Assembly (NCBI GenBank): GCA_020184695.1
Contig: JAANOX010000052.1
Span: forward strand, 186,001 to 250,000
Direction of reading: 5' to 3'
Origin: Histomonas meleagridis 2922-C6/04-290x
Lineage: Eukaryota > Protista > Parabasalia
DNA: 64,000 nt
The notes beneath the pieces are model-generated. The model was given only the letters and a program-made list of their open reading frames with translations. It did not search any database and was not told the origin of the DNA. A program made the position numbers and the translations under genes. Positions 22,990-36,476 of the stretch are shown in pieces. Position 1 is the first letter of the stretch, and the number at the start of each line of letters is the position of its first letter.

Positions 22990-24038
22990 TTAAGGTTTTT
23001 AATTTGAGTACTTCTTATGCAAGAACTCAAATCTAATTCACTACATTTGATTTCCAAATTCAAGGAACAAGTTTTAATATTGAAGCAGACATTGACTTAA
23101 CAGCAATGGGTGCATTAGGCTTTCAAATAGAACCTAATAATTATATTGATGATAAGAAATTTTCATATGAAGTCCCAATATATACACTTCCTTCTATTTC
23201 ATTTTTCGGGGTTAGTTTTTATCTTGGAGTTTATGGATTTATTGAAGTATCATTTACTGATATTCAGTAACTTATTGAATCATTGAAATATGATTATCGA
23301 ATCAAATATTCACAAAAATATCATCTTAAATATTCATCTAAAGAATGGAGTTTCATTCACAAAGACAGATCAATCACTTGATACTGTTAAAAATGATCAA
23401 AAGCAAAATGCTATTTCGAAAGAAGAAGTTAATTAAATGAATTTAAAGTTAACACCTACAATTGATGTCGGTATTAATGCAGTCGTTCAAGTTGGAGCAC
23501 AATTTATATCATCAGAAGCAACACTTAATGTAAGTTTATATGCAAGATATCAAGTTCCATTTGATTTTAGCTTAAATACTGAGTTATGTACATTCCCATA
23601 ATTATATGGCTTATATACACAAGATCTTTCTATTAACTTTAAAATTTATGGTCATTTAAGTTTTATAGGTTTAATTGATTGGGAAAAGAATATTTTCCTA
23701 CTATTGGTGGAGCAGTAAATCTCACTATTAAAGCTGAAAATGATGGAACAAATAATCTGAAAATTTATTCTTATATTACATACTCTGATATAACACAAGA
23801 AATAATTCCATTCAGTGTTAACAAATGGTATGCAAGTATCGATTCTTATTTCGAAGGTAATTCAAATGGTGGCGGTGGTGCATTCATAGCAATTGTTGTT
23901 GTTATCATCATCGTGGTCATAGTAGCAGTTATAATTGGAGTAGTCGTTTATGTGAAGAAGAGGAAATCTAAGAAAGAGTCATCTTCATCTGAAAAACAAA
24001 TGGGAAGAAACATGAAATCAAAAAACAATTCATTTTGA
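22990..24038 (+). pseudogene. Disrupted type-I membrane/surface protein gene
   Basis: Beta-rich coding fragments with several stops and frameshifts lead into ORF 23679-24038, which has a TM helix and a basic cytoplasmic tail. Confidence 0.5.
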
Positions 24039-24380
24039 AAATTTTAAAAAATAGATAACAAATAATAAAATTACTGACGATAGACTCGAATGAATGGGAA
24101 ACAATCGTACTCATATTCAAAAGTTAAAGAGTTTGGGAAATATTTATACAACCATTTTCACCAAGAAGAAAGAAAATACTTGATGAATAAATTGTATGTA
24201 TCATTATGTAATAAATTTAATGTAAATATACAATAACATAATTATCAATACAGCTTCTATACATGAAATCAAAAGGTATTTTCCAAATTTTCAATTTCAA
24301 TTGATACTTTTCAAAAGTTTGAAATTAACTTCTTCTTTTCAAATGTTTATTCAGCAGATAATTGAGCCTATTCGAGACTT

Positions 24381-27300
24381 ATGTTCGATGACTTAACCAT
24401 GAAGTCTGTTAATCTAGAGACTTTATTGGGCACATTACCTTCAAATCAAGACGAAAAAGGCTCTTCCATTTTTTCTTCGTTTCTACAGTTTTTTCATGAT
24501 GTCGTTACTTTTTCCAAGATTTCAAACACAACAGATTTTTTCTTATGGTGCCTAGCTTTCACTGTTTTAGATATCATAATTTTTTTGCAACTTGTTCCAT
24601 TTGATCTTGAAAGTCTTTCATCAGGAGAATTTTTACAAAATCCTTCTTCATTTGATTATATTTTTTCAGAGTTATTCATACGCCAAATTGTATTTGTTTT
24701 AATCTTAACAATATTTATTATAGTTATTGTTCAATGGGCTATAATAATATTTTATGATCCAAATCTTCATCTTTCAAGTTTCAAAGCCACGTTTGCCCGT
24801 TTCCTTTATATCCATTGTCCTTTGTTATTATCACCACTTGCTGGTCTTTTTTTTGATGCCTTATTACTATCAGCATATGGACATTTAAGTTATGATCCTA
24901 CATCAGTACATTACTCCATAGCTTTATCATCAGCCTTTTTATTACTTTGTGTAACATGTTATACCTTTTTTAATGTATCTCGAGGAAATCTTTTAATTGG
25001 GAATTCAATCTTTTCATATTATGTTCAACCATTTGACATCACCGACTTATTATTTTTCTTTGTAGTTTCTGGCTTATTTTCATTTCGAGCTACTAATATT
25101 TCCTTAGTTCATACAATATCATCGATTCTATCGGTTTGTTGGGGTGCCCGATACTTTCTATTAAGGCAAAACCTCCCATTCACATCACTTTTCGCCAATA
25201 TTTTATATGTTAAGCTTTATGTTGATTCTATATCATTAGGTATATTAACAATTATTTCAGTCTATGTTAATGTCCAAAAATATGTATTAACTGATTTTTT
25301 TATTACATTATATTTTTTAGATAGTGTAATTTCATTTGGAGTAATTTATTTACATTATAAGACAACTAAAAGTATATTCGAACCTACTGATGGATATTCA
25401 TTTAATCCCTCCAAAATTAATAAAACAAGTCAAGCAATCAATGCATTACGTAATGGAATTACATTTCAATTTATAGAAGCAACGAATAAAGACTTTTTAA
25501 TATGGATATTAACACAATTTTGTAAAGAAGAAATTATCCCTGATATAGTTCGAATATGTTTAATGTATAATTATCCACTTTCTATAATGCCATGGACTAA
25601 GTTTTCTTTATCACCACATTATTTAGTTTCATTAAAATTTCTTTCATATCAATATGATCAATATAAAAAGTTCCAAAGTAAAACAAAAACGCCACAAATC
25701 GAAAACACATTAAATAAACTTCGAACAGAACGAAACACATTTATAAATTTAGAGAAATCTCGACATAAAATTATAAAAATCGGAAATAAAATGCAAAAAT
25801 TACTTAAGCAATATCAAGATGCTATTATCGAATATCCACAATCATCAGATATAATTGATGAATGGAATGATTTCCATATCAATGTATTAAATGAAGATCC
25901 GAAGACATCGAATCAAATACCAATTATTAATTCATTTAATCAATTAACTACAAATATTTCACAAGAAAAAGTTAAAAAGAACAAAATATCTGATTCGGAA
26001 TTATATATTAATAATTATATTACTAATGTAACATTTCCTTTTATATGTTGGATCCGAATAATTATAATATTTTTTTTGGTATATGTAATCGTACAAAATG
26101 TAAATTATAAATCACAAATACGATTTTTTTCTAAAATCTTTACAAATATTGGAAAGTTATTTTATTTAGGAGCTTCATTAAGTAGTTGTTTCTTACGTAA
26201 CATTGATTCATTCATAAATTTACCGCCCGCTATAAACATTACAAGTGTTTTAGGTATATCTATGAGAGAATCAATTGATTTTCGATCTTCTTTCTCATTA
26301 ACATCTGGGGAAATGACAGATCCATTAAGTTTATTAAACTTATTAACGGAAGAACCAAAAATATATAATTCGGAGAATTGTAATAAGTTATCTATATCAT
26401 TAACATCTATAATGGAATCTAATATGCTTGATACACTTGAAGACTTTCGATGTTATGCATCACAAATGGAATATTATTTAGGGTTCATATCGAATCATAC
26501 AAACCAAAGAACACAAAAAGTATTATCCGATTTTAATATTGATTTTTCAAATGAAATTATTTTTATTTGTATTTTCATTAGTTTAATTACAATAATATTT
26601 GGTATATTATTATATCGATTAAAAAATCGTCAAAAGAAACTTCATAAAGTAATCAAAAAAATTTATCCAAATGAATATGAAATTGGTGAACCAGGAATAT
26701 ATTTTTCGATTCTTTTATCGATATTTATGTGGATATTAATTATTAGTTTACCGATATTATTATTTGTAGTATTAATAATGCAAATTAATAATAACTCGAA
26801 TTTAATGATCGAAAGTTTAATACAAATGGATATAATATCAGATATAGCGCGTTATTCTATGACTGGAATGGCGTTTAGTGAGTTATCTGTTATTGATTCT
26901 GTTAACCAAAAGATATATGAAAATATTTCTGCGATTTATGGAAACTTAATAATTAATTCCACTTCTTTAATGACAATTAAATATGGAGATTCGAATTTTA
27001 AGGACGTAAATCCATTAAATATTTGGGTTTCGCCTGGCGATGATAGTTTCTCAATAATATTACTCGATTTCGGACATTTGTTGTTGTTAGGAAACTTTAA
27101 TGAGAATTTATATCGGTTTTTGATGTTGAGGTTTTTGACGATTTTTAATATTTCGAAACTCGCAAATAATACATTGGAAGATATGATGGCAAATTCATTG
27201 TTACAATTACAAGATAAAGCTTCGACATTTTGGATGGTTTCGATGGTTTTCGTGATCGTTTCGATATTGTTGTGGAGCTTAATGGAATTAATGAGATATT

Positions 27301-28139
27301 TCCAAGAATTATGGTTTTCGGGTATTAAATATTTGATGAAAAAAGAAATTTTAAAATCACAAAAAAACAAAAAAAATTTAATTCAATTATTACAATACGG
27401 TTACATTGAATTAATTGAAAATTTGCCGTTTCCCGTATTAATTATTGACTCGAATTCGTTAATTATTAACATAAATGAAAAAGCTGCAAAATTCTTTGAA
27501 ATGTCATCCGAACAATTAATCGGTCAAAATTTGAACGAGTTTACAGACTTATTGAATGATAATGGAAACGATAGGAAATTGGTTTTCAATTCCATTGAAT
27601 TCGAAAACGGTCTCTTTTCATTTGTGAAAATTGATGATTTAACAGAACAAAATAATTTGTTGTTGTATAAAAACCAATTAATATCAAAACTAAAAATAGA
27701 TTTATTAAATTTGCCATTTAATAAATATATTTTATATCTCTGCGTAAAGTTTTCAATTAGCGATAAACCGATGGAAAATTTCATCGATGTAATTTCATTT
27801 ATAGAAAATTTAGAAACAAAATATGAAAGTGTTATTAGAATCTCTATTGGAAGCACATTCTACAGAGCAATTTGTTTCGAGACAGAAAGTGATGCAATTG
27901 TTCGATTCGGATTTGAAATGCTTCATGAGCTACAAAATTTGGTTTGTGTTGTCGTGACGAAAGGTAATGCAACAGTTGGAACTGTGTTAGAAAATGAATT
28001 AATTCCTTTTGTTGCGGGTAAAGTTGTTGAAAGATGCGACGAATGTATCGCAAATGGAGAATTCGGTAAATGTTACTTGGATGAGTCAATTCAGGATAAG
28101 CTCCAAATTGATGATCCAAATATTGTTGTTATTAAGTAA
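24381..28139 (+). CDS. Multi-pass membrane protein with PAS domain and degenerate class III nucleotide cyclase domain (trichomonad TMAC-like)
   Basis: Several TM clusters, a PAS-like IENLPFPVLIIDSNSLIININEKAAKFF segment, and a C-terminal cyclase-like fold. Confidence 0.75.
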   Translation: MFDDLTMKSVNLETLLGTLPSNQDEKGSSIFSSFLQFFHDVVTFSKISNTTDFFLWCLAFTVLDIIIFLQLVPFDLESLSSGEFLQNPSSFDYIFSELFIRQIVFVLILTIFIIVIVQWAIIIFYDPNLHLSSFKATFARFLYIHCPLLLSPLAGLFFDALLLSAYGHLSYDPTSVHYSIALSSAFLLLCVTCYTFFNVSRGNLLIGNSIFSYYVQPFDITDLLFFFVVSGLFSFRATNISLVHTISSILSVCWGARYFLLRQNLPFTSLFANILYVKLYVDSISLGILTIISVYVNVQKYVLTDFFITLYFLDSVISFGVIYLHYKTTKSIFEPTDGYSFNPSKINKTSQAINALRNGITFQFIEATNKDFLIWILTQFCKEEIIPDIVRICLMYNYPLSIMPWTKFSLSPHYLVSLKFLSYQYDQYKKFQSKTKTPQIENTLNKLRTERNTFINLEKSRHKIIKIGNKMQKLLKQYQDAIIEYPQSSDIIDEWNDFHINVLNEDPKTSNQIPIINSFNQLTTNISQEKVKKNKISDSELYINNYITNVTFPFICWIRIIIIFFLVYVIVQNVNYKSQIRFFSKIFTNIGKLFYLGASLSSCFLRNIDSFINLPPAINITSVLGISMRESIDFRSSFSLTSGEMTDPLSLLNLLTEEPKIYNSENCNKLSISLTSIMESNMLDTLEDFRCYASQMEYYLGFISNHTNQRTQKVLSDFNIDFSNEIIFICIFISLITIIFGILLYRLKNRQKKLHKVIKKIYPNEYEIGEPGIYFSILLSIFMWILIISLPILLFVVLIMQINNNSNLMIESLIQMDIISDIARYSMTGMAFSELSVIDSVNQKIYENISAIYGNLIINSTSLMTIKYGDSNFKDVNPLNIWVSPGDDSFSIILLDFGHLLLLGNFNENLYRFLMLRFLTIFNISKLANNTLEDMMANSLLQLQDKASTFWMVSMVFVIVSILLWSLMELMRYFQELWFSGIKYLMKKEILKSQKNKKNLIQLLQYGYIELIENLPFPVLIIDSNSLIININEKAAKFFEMSSEQLIGQNLNEFTDLLNDNGNDRKLVFNSIEFENGLFSFVKIDDLTEQNNLLLYKNQLISKLKIDLLNLPFNKYILYLCVKFSISDKPMENFIDVISFIENLETKYESVIRISIGSTFYRAICFETESDAIVRFGFEMLHELQNLVCVVVTKGNATVGTVLENELIPFVAGKVVERCDECIANGEFGKCYLDESIQDKLQIDDPNIVVIK

Positions 28140-28755
28140 ATGTTTGTTTTATAGTTATTAATTGTTATTTTTCAATATAAAATATTGTTTTTCAATTAAC
28201 AATTAATGTACTGTTTCCGAGTTTTATATATATTCTGATTTCTCTGAGATATCGGCTGGTAATTAAGGCTACATCATTATTTCTAAGATGACCCGCACCA
28301 GAAAAATATAATAATTTGTTTGCATTGATTTTGAGAAAGGGGAGTCAACACAATTTTTTCGATTAAAGCATATACGTTGGTTAAATTGTTTTGCGATTTA
28401 TACACTGCTTTATACGCACAAAATAAAAATATTTTCATTTTATTCATTTACAGTTTTTTCTGTTGCTATTTGGCTTTCAATTATACCAAAAGTGACTATA
28501 AGTACCAATTAAGTTGTAATGGCACATACTTTGATGTTTTCCTTTCCACTTTATTTTTTATTGCTGGTTATTAGAATAAATTTTTACAGTTTGGGTATAC
28601 CAATGTTTCAAATTTAAATGCTTTGATGTTTTGAGTCAGAGAACGTTAAACGATAAATTACAAGACTTTCTGTGCGGTTTTTATTGTCGGAAACGCGTGG
28701 TTACATTGAAAATTTTGTAATAAATTTCAAAAGGACGATAACCGCTCTCCAAAAA

Positions 28756-31700
28756 ATGGTGGGAATTGCCTTTTATATCTTATTCGCATCATTTTCTTCC
28801 CAAACATTCATTAAAGAAAATTCCACTCTCATTTTGAGTGGAAGTGAATACATGTCAGGAGAATATAAGAATTACAAAGACCTGACCAAATCTCTTATTA
28901 TTTCTGATGAAGTCACCGAAATTCAAAGTGGAGCTTTCAAGAGATGGCTTTTACTTACTGATGTCAATATTGGAAATTCGGTTACTACAATCAAAGCAAA
29001 TGCTTTTGAAGATTGTTTTAGTTTAGAATCTGTTGTTATTGGTGACAAGGTTGCAACTATTGAGAGCCTTGCGTTTTCCAAATGCGTATCTCTTCAAAGC
29101 TTCCAAGTTTCTAATAATAATCCAACTTACTCTTCTCAAAATGGAGTTATTTATGATAAAAGCATTACAACACTTTACTACTATCCATTAGGCTTGAAGG
29201 GATCATTCGAAATTTCAAATACAGTTACAACAATTTCTAATTATTCATTTTATGGTTGCTCATATCTCGAGTCCATTACATTCGGAACTGCTGTTGAAAC
29301 AATTGGTAGCCATTCATTTGAGAAATGCTATAGATTAACATCTGTTTCTATTCCAGATACTGTTACTTCAATTGGTGAATATGCATTTTCAAATTGTTCA
29401 CAAATTGCAACGTTTACAATTGGCTCAAAAGTTACGACGATAGGCGACTTTGCTCTCCAATTTTGTTATGCCCTCACAACCATTACAATTCCCGATTCAG
29501 TAACAACACTTGGAGTCAATATATTATGTGGATGCTCAAGTTTGACAACTATTGTTGTATCCACAGGAAATACAGCTTTCGCTAATAATAATGGCGATGG
29601 AGTTCTATATAACAAAGACATCACAACTTTAGTTTCATTTCCAAATGGATTTTCCGGATCATTTGATATACCAACGACAGTTACAACAATTTCTAGTTAT
29701 GCATTTCATAATTGTCAGAAATTAATATCAATTAATTTTGGAGCGAATGTTGAAACCATTGGTAATTATGCATTTTTCAATTGCGTTGGCTTCACAAGTT
29801 TAGTTGTCACTGCGAAATCCATTGAAACATTTGCATTTTGTTATTGCACAGGTATAACAAGTCTTGAATTAACTACTGAAACACTTGGAACACAAGCTTT
29901 TGGACAATGTTCGAAATTACAAACACTACAAATTCATGATGGATTAACAGAACTTTCAGAATTTGCATTTAGTCAATGCTCAAGTCTTACCCAAGTTACA
30001 TTACCTAATACACTTACGAAAATTGGTTATTCAGCATTCCATTATTGTACACAATTACCGTCAATTGTAATTCCAAACTCAGTTTCAACAATTGATCGAA
30101 GTGTATTTTATGATTGTACTAACTTAGAATCTGTTACAATTGGTGAAGCTGTAACAACAATTGGTGATTATTCATTTTTCTTATGTATTAATTTAAAGAG
30201 TGTTGCAATTCCTAATTCAGTTACATCTATTGGTTCTTCTACATTTTCATATTGTAATAATTTACAAACTGTTACAATTGGAGATAATCTAGAAACAATT
30301 GGTTCTGGATCATTTGTAAATTGTGGAAACTTAACAAGTATTGAAGTATCTACAAACAATAACTACTTCACATCTATTAATGGAATTTTATACGATAAAA
30401 ACTTAGCAAAAATTATTTGTTATCCTGCTACAAAATCTGGTGAATATACAATTGAAAATGCAGTTACAACAATTGAATCAAATGCATTTTATTTATGTAC
30501 TAAGTTAACATCAATAACTATTGGTGGGTTAGTTGAAACTATTGGTGATTATGCATTTTATCAATGTTCAAGTTTAACAAGTATTACTATTCCAAATTCA
30601 GTTACTTCAATTGGTATGTGTTCATTTGGATATTGTTCAAATTTAAATCCAATTACATTAGGTAATAATCTTCAAACAATTTCAAATGATGTATTCATGG
30701 AATGTCAATCATTAACATCTATAACAATACCAAATACAGTTAAAACACTTGGAGATTCTTCATTTTATCATTGTTCTTCTTTAGAAACAATTCAATTATC
30801 AAATATTTTGGAAGGTATTAATGATTATTTGTTCTTTGGATGTATAAAATTATCAACAATTACAATTCCAGATACAGTTAAAACTATTGGAATTTGTTCA
30901 TTTAAGAATTGTAATGGGTTAACTTCAATTACATTTGGTAATGCAATCGAAATTATTGATGAATCAGCATTTGAACAATGTATCAAATTAACAAATGTAA
31001 ATATCGGTGGAACTGTTTCAACTATTGGAAATTATGCATTTTATTGTTGTCATGAAATTACAACCATTACTATTTCTACATCAGTTACATCTCTTGGTAA
31101 ATTTGCATTTTATCAATGTACAAAATTGGAAAGTGTTACAATTGAAGCAAATATTCCTGAAATTGGTGAATCTACATTCCATAATTGTACATCATTAAAA
31201 GAAATGACAATACCAAATTCAGTTCAATCAATTGGTATTTCAGCATTTGAATATTGTACTAATTTATCAACAGTAACAATTGGAACTACTGTTAATTTAA
31301 TCGGTGAATCAGCATTTTCTTATTGTTATTCATTATCTCAAATTATAATTCCAAGTTCCGTTAAAACAATTGATGATGAATCATTTAGAAATTGTTCTAA
31401 TTTACAAACTATTACATTTAATGAAGGACTTGAAACAATTGGAGCTTATGCATTTATTAATTGTATTAAAGTATCACAAATTACATTACCAAGTTCATTA
31501 ATTACAATTAAAAATGATGCTTTCCATGAAAGTTCTAATTTAGTATCAATTTCTATTGGCCAAAATGTTCAAACAATTGGTTCATCAGCATTTTCATGTT
31601 GTGGAAACTTAGCAGAAATATCAATACCAAACTCAGTTACTTCATTAGGTGATTCAGTATTTTATAATTGTATTAATATACAAAAGGCTGAAATCGGTCA

Positions 31701-34700
31701 AAATGTTAAATCTATTGGTAATTATTTGTTTTATTCATGTTCGAAATTAGTTAATATAATATTCCATGGTTCGATTGAATCAATTGGTAAATCATCATTT
31801 GAATCTTGTACTCTATTAACTAATGCTGACTTTGGTGAAGCTGTTACCGTTATTGGAGATTATGCATTTTATGAATGTATGGCTTTAATATCATCAATTA
31901 AATTACCAAATATTATATCATTAGGTAAATATGCATTTTATAGATGTACTGCTTTAACTTCCGTTGAATTAGGTAATGGTTTAACAATTATTGATTCAAA
32001 TGCATTTGCAAGATGTTTAGGATTAACAAGTATTGTTGTTCCTAATAGTGTTAAAACTATTGGTGATCATGCATTTCATCTTTGTTCTTATTTAGCATCA
32101 ATTACTATGGGTGAAAATGTTGAATCTATTGGAAGTTCTGCATTTTTCCATAATATTAGATTAAGTCAAATTCATTTTCCAAACAAACTTAATTTTATTG
32201 GTTATGATGCATTTTTCTTGTGCGCTATTTTGACAAATATTACTATTCCAAATTCTGTTACATTTATTGATAAAGATGCATTCCGTCAATGTAAAATGAT
32301 CAAAACTATTGTAATGGGTTCGAATGTTAGAATTATTAGAGATGGAGCATTTTCATCATGTTCTTCATTATCAAGTATTGTGTTACCAGATACACTTCAA
32401 ACATTAGGAAGTTTAGTGTTTAGTTATTGTCAAAATCTTGAAACGATTAAATTAGGTACATCATTGACAACTATTGGTGAGAAAGCATTTTATGAATGTT
32501 CTAAATTAACGAGTATTGAACTTCCTAATTTAGTTACAAGCATTAATTCATATTCATTTTTATAAATGTTTATCATTAAGTAATATTAATATATTAGGTA
32601 ATATTGTAAATATTGGAGAATATTCATTTTTATCATTGTGAAAAAAATTGACGAGTATTACATTACCATCAAGTGTTGGAATCATTAGTGAAACGCAAGT
32701 CTTTTCAGGATGTTATTCATTACGAAATATTAATATTGATAATAATAATAATAATTATAGTAATTATAATAATGATGGAGTTCTTTATGACAAAGGAATT
32801 ACGAAAATCCTTTATTATCCTATTGGTAATGAACGAAGTACATATACACTTCCAAATACTATTGAAATTATTAATAGTTTTTCATTTTCATCATCATGTA
32901 CATTAAATACTATTAATATTAATTCAGAATCTCAACTTCAACGAATTAATGAATATTCATTTTATAATATTTCAACATTAACAAGTCTTTCACTTCCTAA
33001 TTCAGTTACTATATTGGTATTTCATCATTTAATATGTGTCCACGTCTTTCAACATTAACACTTGGCAATCAAATCACGACAATTGAAAAGAGTGCATTTT
33101 CATCATGCAGCTCAATTGTTTCTATTTCACTTCCTAACTCTGTTACAACCATTGGCGATACTGCATTCCAATTCTGTTCATCATTAGAAACCATTACATT
33201 AAGTTCAAACCTTCGAATTCTTGGCACAGAAGTATTCACAAGTTGCAGAAAATTACGAAGTATTTCTATTCCACAACAAATTACAGGCATTCCAGATCGT
33301 CTTCTTCGTAACTGCAATGATTTAGAACGTGTTACTCTTGGAACTAATATTGTATCAATTGGAACAGGTTCATTCTATCAATGTAATAATTTGCAATATA
33401 TTACAATACCAACTACTGTCCAAACAATTGGTAGTGAAGCATTTTACAAGTGCTATAAACTTGAAGAACTTACATTAAATAACGTTCGTAGCATTGGTTC
33501 CTCAGCATTTTATGAATGTTTTAATTTGACACGATTATCAATGGCGGGAACACTTACAAGTATTCCAAAACAAGCATTTTATGAATGTTATAACATTAAT
33601 GGAATTACATTACCAGACACTGTACAAACTATTGATGATGAAGCATTTTATTTCTGCCGAAGTTTAACAACTATTAAAATGAATTCAGTCACATCAATAG
33701 GCAAAGATGCTTTCAGTATGTGCACAAAAGTCACAACTATTGAGTTAGGAAACAGTGTTACAACTATCAAAGATGAAGCATTTTCATCATGTTCACAAGT
33801 CAGTAACATTGTACTTCCAAATACACTTCAAACATTAGGAAGTTTAGTGTTTAGTTATTGTCAAAATCTTGAAACGATTAAATTAGGTACATCATTAACA
33901 ACTATTGGTGAGAAAGCATTTTATGAATGTTCTAAATTAACGAGTATTGAACTTCCTAATTTAGTTACAAGCATTAATTCATATTCATTTTATAAATGTT
34001 TATCATTAAGTAATATTAATATATTAGGTAATATTGTAAATATTGGAGAATATTCATTTTATCATTGTGAAAAAAATTGACGAGTATTACATTACCATCA
34101 AGTGTTGGAATCATTAGTGAAACGTAAGTGTTTTCAGGATGTTATTGATTACTATATATTGATATTGATAATAATAATAATAATTATAGTAATTATAATA
34201 ATGATGGAGTTCTTTATGACAAAGGAATTACGAAAATCCTTTATTATCCTATTGGTAATGAACGAAGTACATATACACTTCCAAATACTATTGAAATTAT
34301 TAATAGTTTTTCATTTTCATCATCATGTACATTAAATACTATTAATATTAATTCAGAATCTCAACTTCAACGAATTAATGAATATTCATTTTATAATATT
34401 TCAACATTAACAAGTCTTTCACTTCCTAATTCAGTTACATATATTGGTATTTCATCATTTAATATGTGTCCACGTCTTTCAACATTAACACTTGGCAATC
34501 AAATCACGACAATTGAAAAGAGTGCATTTTCATCATGCAGCTCAATTGTTTCTATTTCACTTCCTAACTCTGTTACAACCATTGGCAACTGCGCATTCCA
34601 ATTCTGTTCATCATTAGAAAATATTACATTAAGTTCAAATCTTCGAAGTCTTGGCACAGAAGTATTTTCGCAATGTATTAAACTACGAACAATTTCCATT

Positions 34701-35300
34701 CCAAACCAAATCACAAGCATTCCGGATTATCTCTTCTACAAATGTAGCAGTTTGGAATCCATTGACATTAATGAAAATGTTCTTTCACTTGGAATGAGTG
34801 TATTTTATGAATGTTCATCACTTACAAATGTTACAATTCCAAACAAGGTAACATCTATTGGTGGTTCGGCCTTTTATAAATGCGTAAATCTTTCCACCGT
34901 AACTATTGGCGAAAATGTTACATCGATTTCGTCACGCGCATTTTATAACTGCACATCGCTCAAATGTATCTATTACAACGGTATCAGTGAGCCCACGACA
35001 ATTGCAACTGATGCATTCTATGGCATCCACTCATCTGTTGTGATGACACCCGAGTCATATAACGGCAATAGCTTCGCTCAACTAAATGTATCAAAGGGTG
35101 TAACAATTAACGAATGCATCGAGAGCAGCAGCAGCAGCAAGTCAAAGAATTACGGAGTACTTATCGGAGTGCCAATCGCTGTCGCTGTGGTCATCATCGG
35201 AATTGTTGTGGGAGTGGTCATCTATTTGAAGAGAAAGAAGAACGTGGAAATGACATCGGTCGATATGAACGAACCTGCAATTATAAAGGCGCTGATTTAA
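28756..35300 (+). CDS. BspA-like (TpLRR/LRR_5) surface protein, broken into several ORFs
   Basis: Signal peptide from the ATG at 28756, many IPxSVTxIGxxAFxxCxxL repeats, and a C-terminal TM helix plus short tail. Frameshifts near 32560, 32635, 33008 and 34075; stops at about 34127 and 34147. Confidence 0.85.
32386..34663 (+). repeat. Internal direct duplication (about 32386-33233 and 33817-34663) within BspA
   Basis: Near-identical nucleotide blocks encoding TLQTLGSLVFSYCQNLETIKLG...TLSSNLR. Confidence 0.9.
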
Positions 35301-35321
35301 GAGAAAATAGTAAAAAATTCG

Positions 35322-36420
35322 TCAAATTAAATCATTTGCAATGTTTTGTAAATTGAAACTTTTGAAATGTTTAAAAAAACGAAATGTACATAAAAATGAA
35401 TTTCTTATTCTGATGTGGTCATTAATTAATGAGTAATGTTGTAAAACAGAAAATTGGTTAGGAAGTGAAATAGAAACAATTGAGCTGCATGATGAAAATG
35501 CACTCTTTTCAATTGTCGTGATTTGATTGCCAAGTGTTAATGTTGAAAGACGTGGACACATATTAAATGATGAAATACCAATATATGTAACTGAATTAGG
35601 AAGTGAAAGACTTGTTAATGTTGAAATATTATAAAATGAATATTCATTAATTCGTTGAAGTTGAGATTCTGAATTAATATTAATAGTATTTAATGTACAT
35701 GATGATGAAAATGAAAAACTATTAATAATTTCAATAGTATTTGGAAGTGTATATGTACTTCGTTCATTACCAATAGGATAATAAAGGATTTTCGTAATTC
35801 CTTTGTCATAAAGAACTCCATCATTATTATAATTACTATAATTATTATTATTATTATCAATATTAATATTTCGTAATGAATAACATCCTGAAAAGACTTG
35901 CGTTTCACTAATGATTCCAACACTTGATGGTAATGTAATACTCGTCAATTTTTCACAATGATAAAATGAATATTCTCCAATATTTACAATATTACCTAAT
36001 ATATTAATATTACTTAATGATAAACATTTATAAAATGAATATGAATTAATGCTTGTAACTAAATTAGGAAGTTCAATACTCGTTAATTTAGAACATTCAT
36101 AAAATGCTTTCTCACCAATAGTTGTTAATGATGTACCTAATTTAATCGTTTCAAGATTTTGACAATAACTAAACACTGAATTTCCTAATGTTTGAAGTGT
36201 ATTTGGAATAATAATTTTTTGTAATTCACAAAATGTTGCTGATTTGATCCATATTAATTTAAAGTTAAAAATTAAAAAAAAAAACAAAAATGTTTCGCTT
36301 TAATTTTTGTTAATTTATTCATAATTAACAAATGCTTCTCTAAATTCTGTTGTTATTAATATGTTCACAAGTAGAAGACAATTTGCAAACTGTAAAAGTG
36401 ACAAAATAAAGTCTTTTTCG
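35322..36420 (-). pseudogene. Inverted partial BspA copy with no signal peptide or TM helix
   Basis: 35458-36207 is a near-identical reverse complement of the duplicated BspA module. The flanks are degenerate LRR-like sequence. Confidence 0.8.
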
Positions 36421-36476
36421 CAATTAACGTTGATTAAACGGCCTTGAGACGGTTTCGATTGTGGCGACATTTTTGA

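Noticed and set aside
32740-32775. (AAT)n microsatellite in BspA
   Set aside because: It simply encodes a poly-Asn linker and is the same in all three module copies.
32555-34080. Homopolymer frameshifts in BspA and ankyrin 5' regions as programmed phase variation
   Set aside because: Duplicate copies carry different, complementary +/-1 indels in A/T runs, the signature of long-read consensus error. This cannot be supported without reads.
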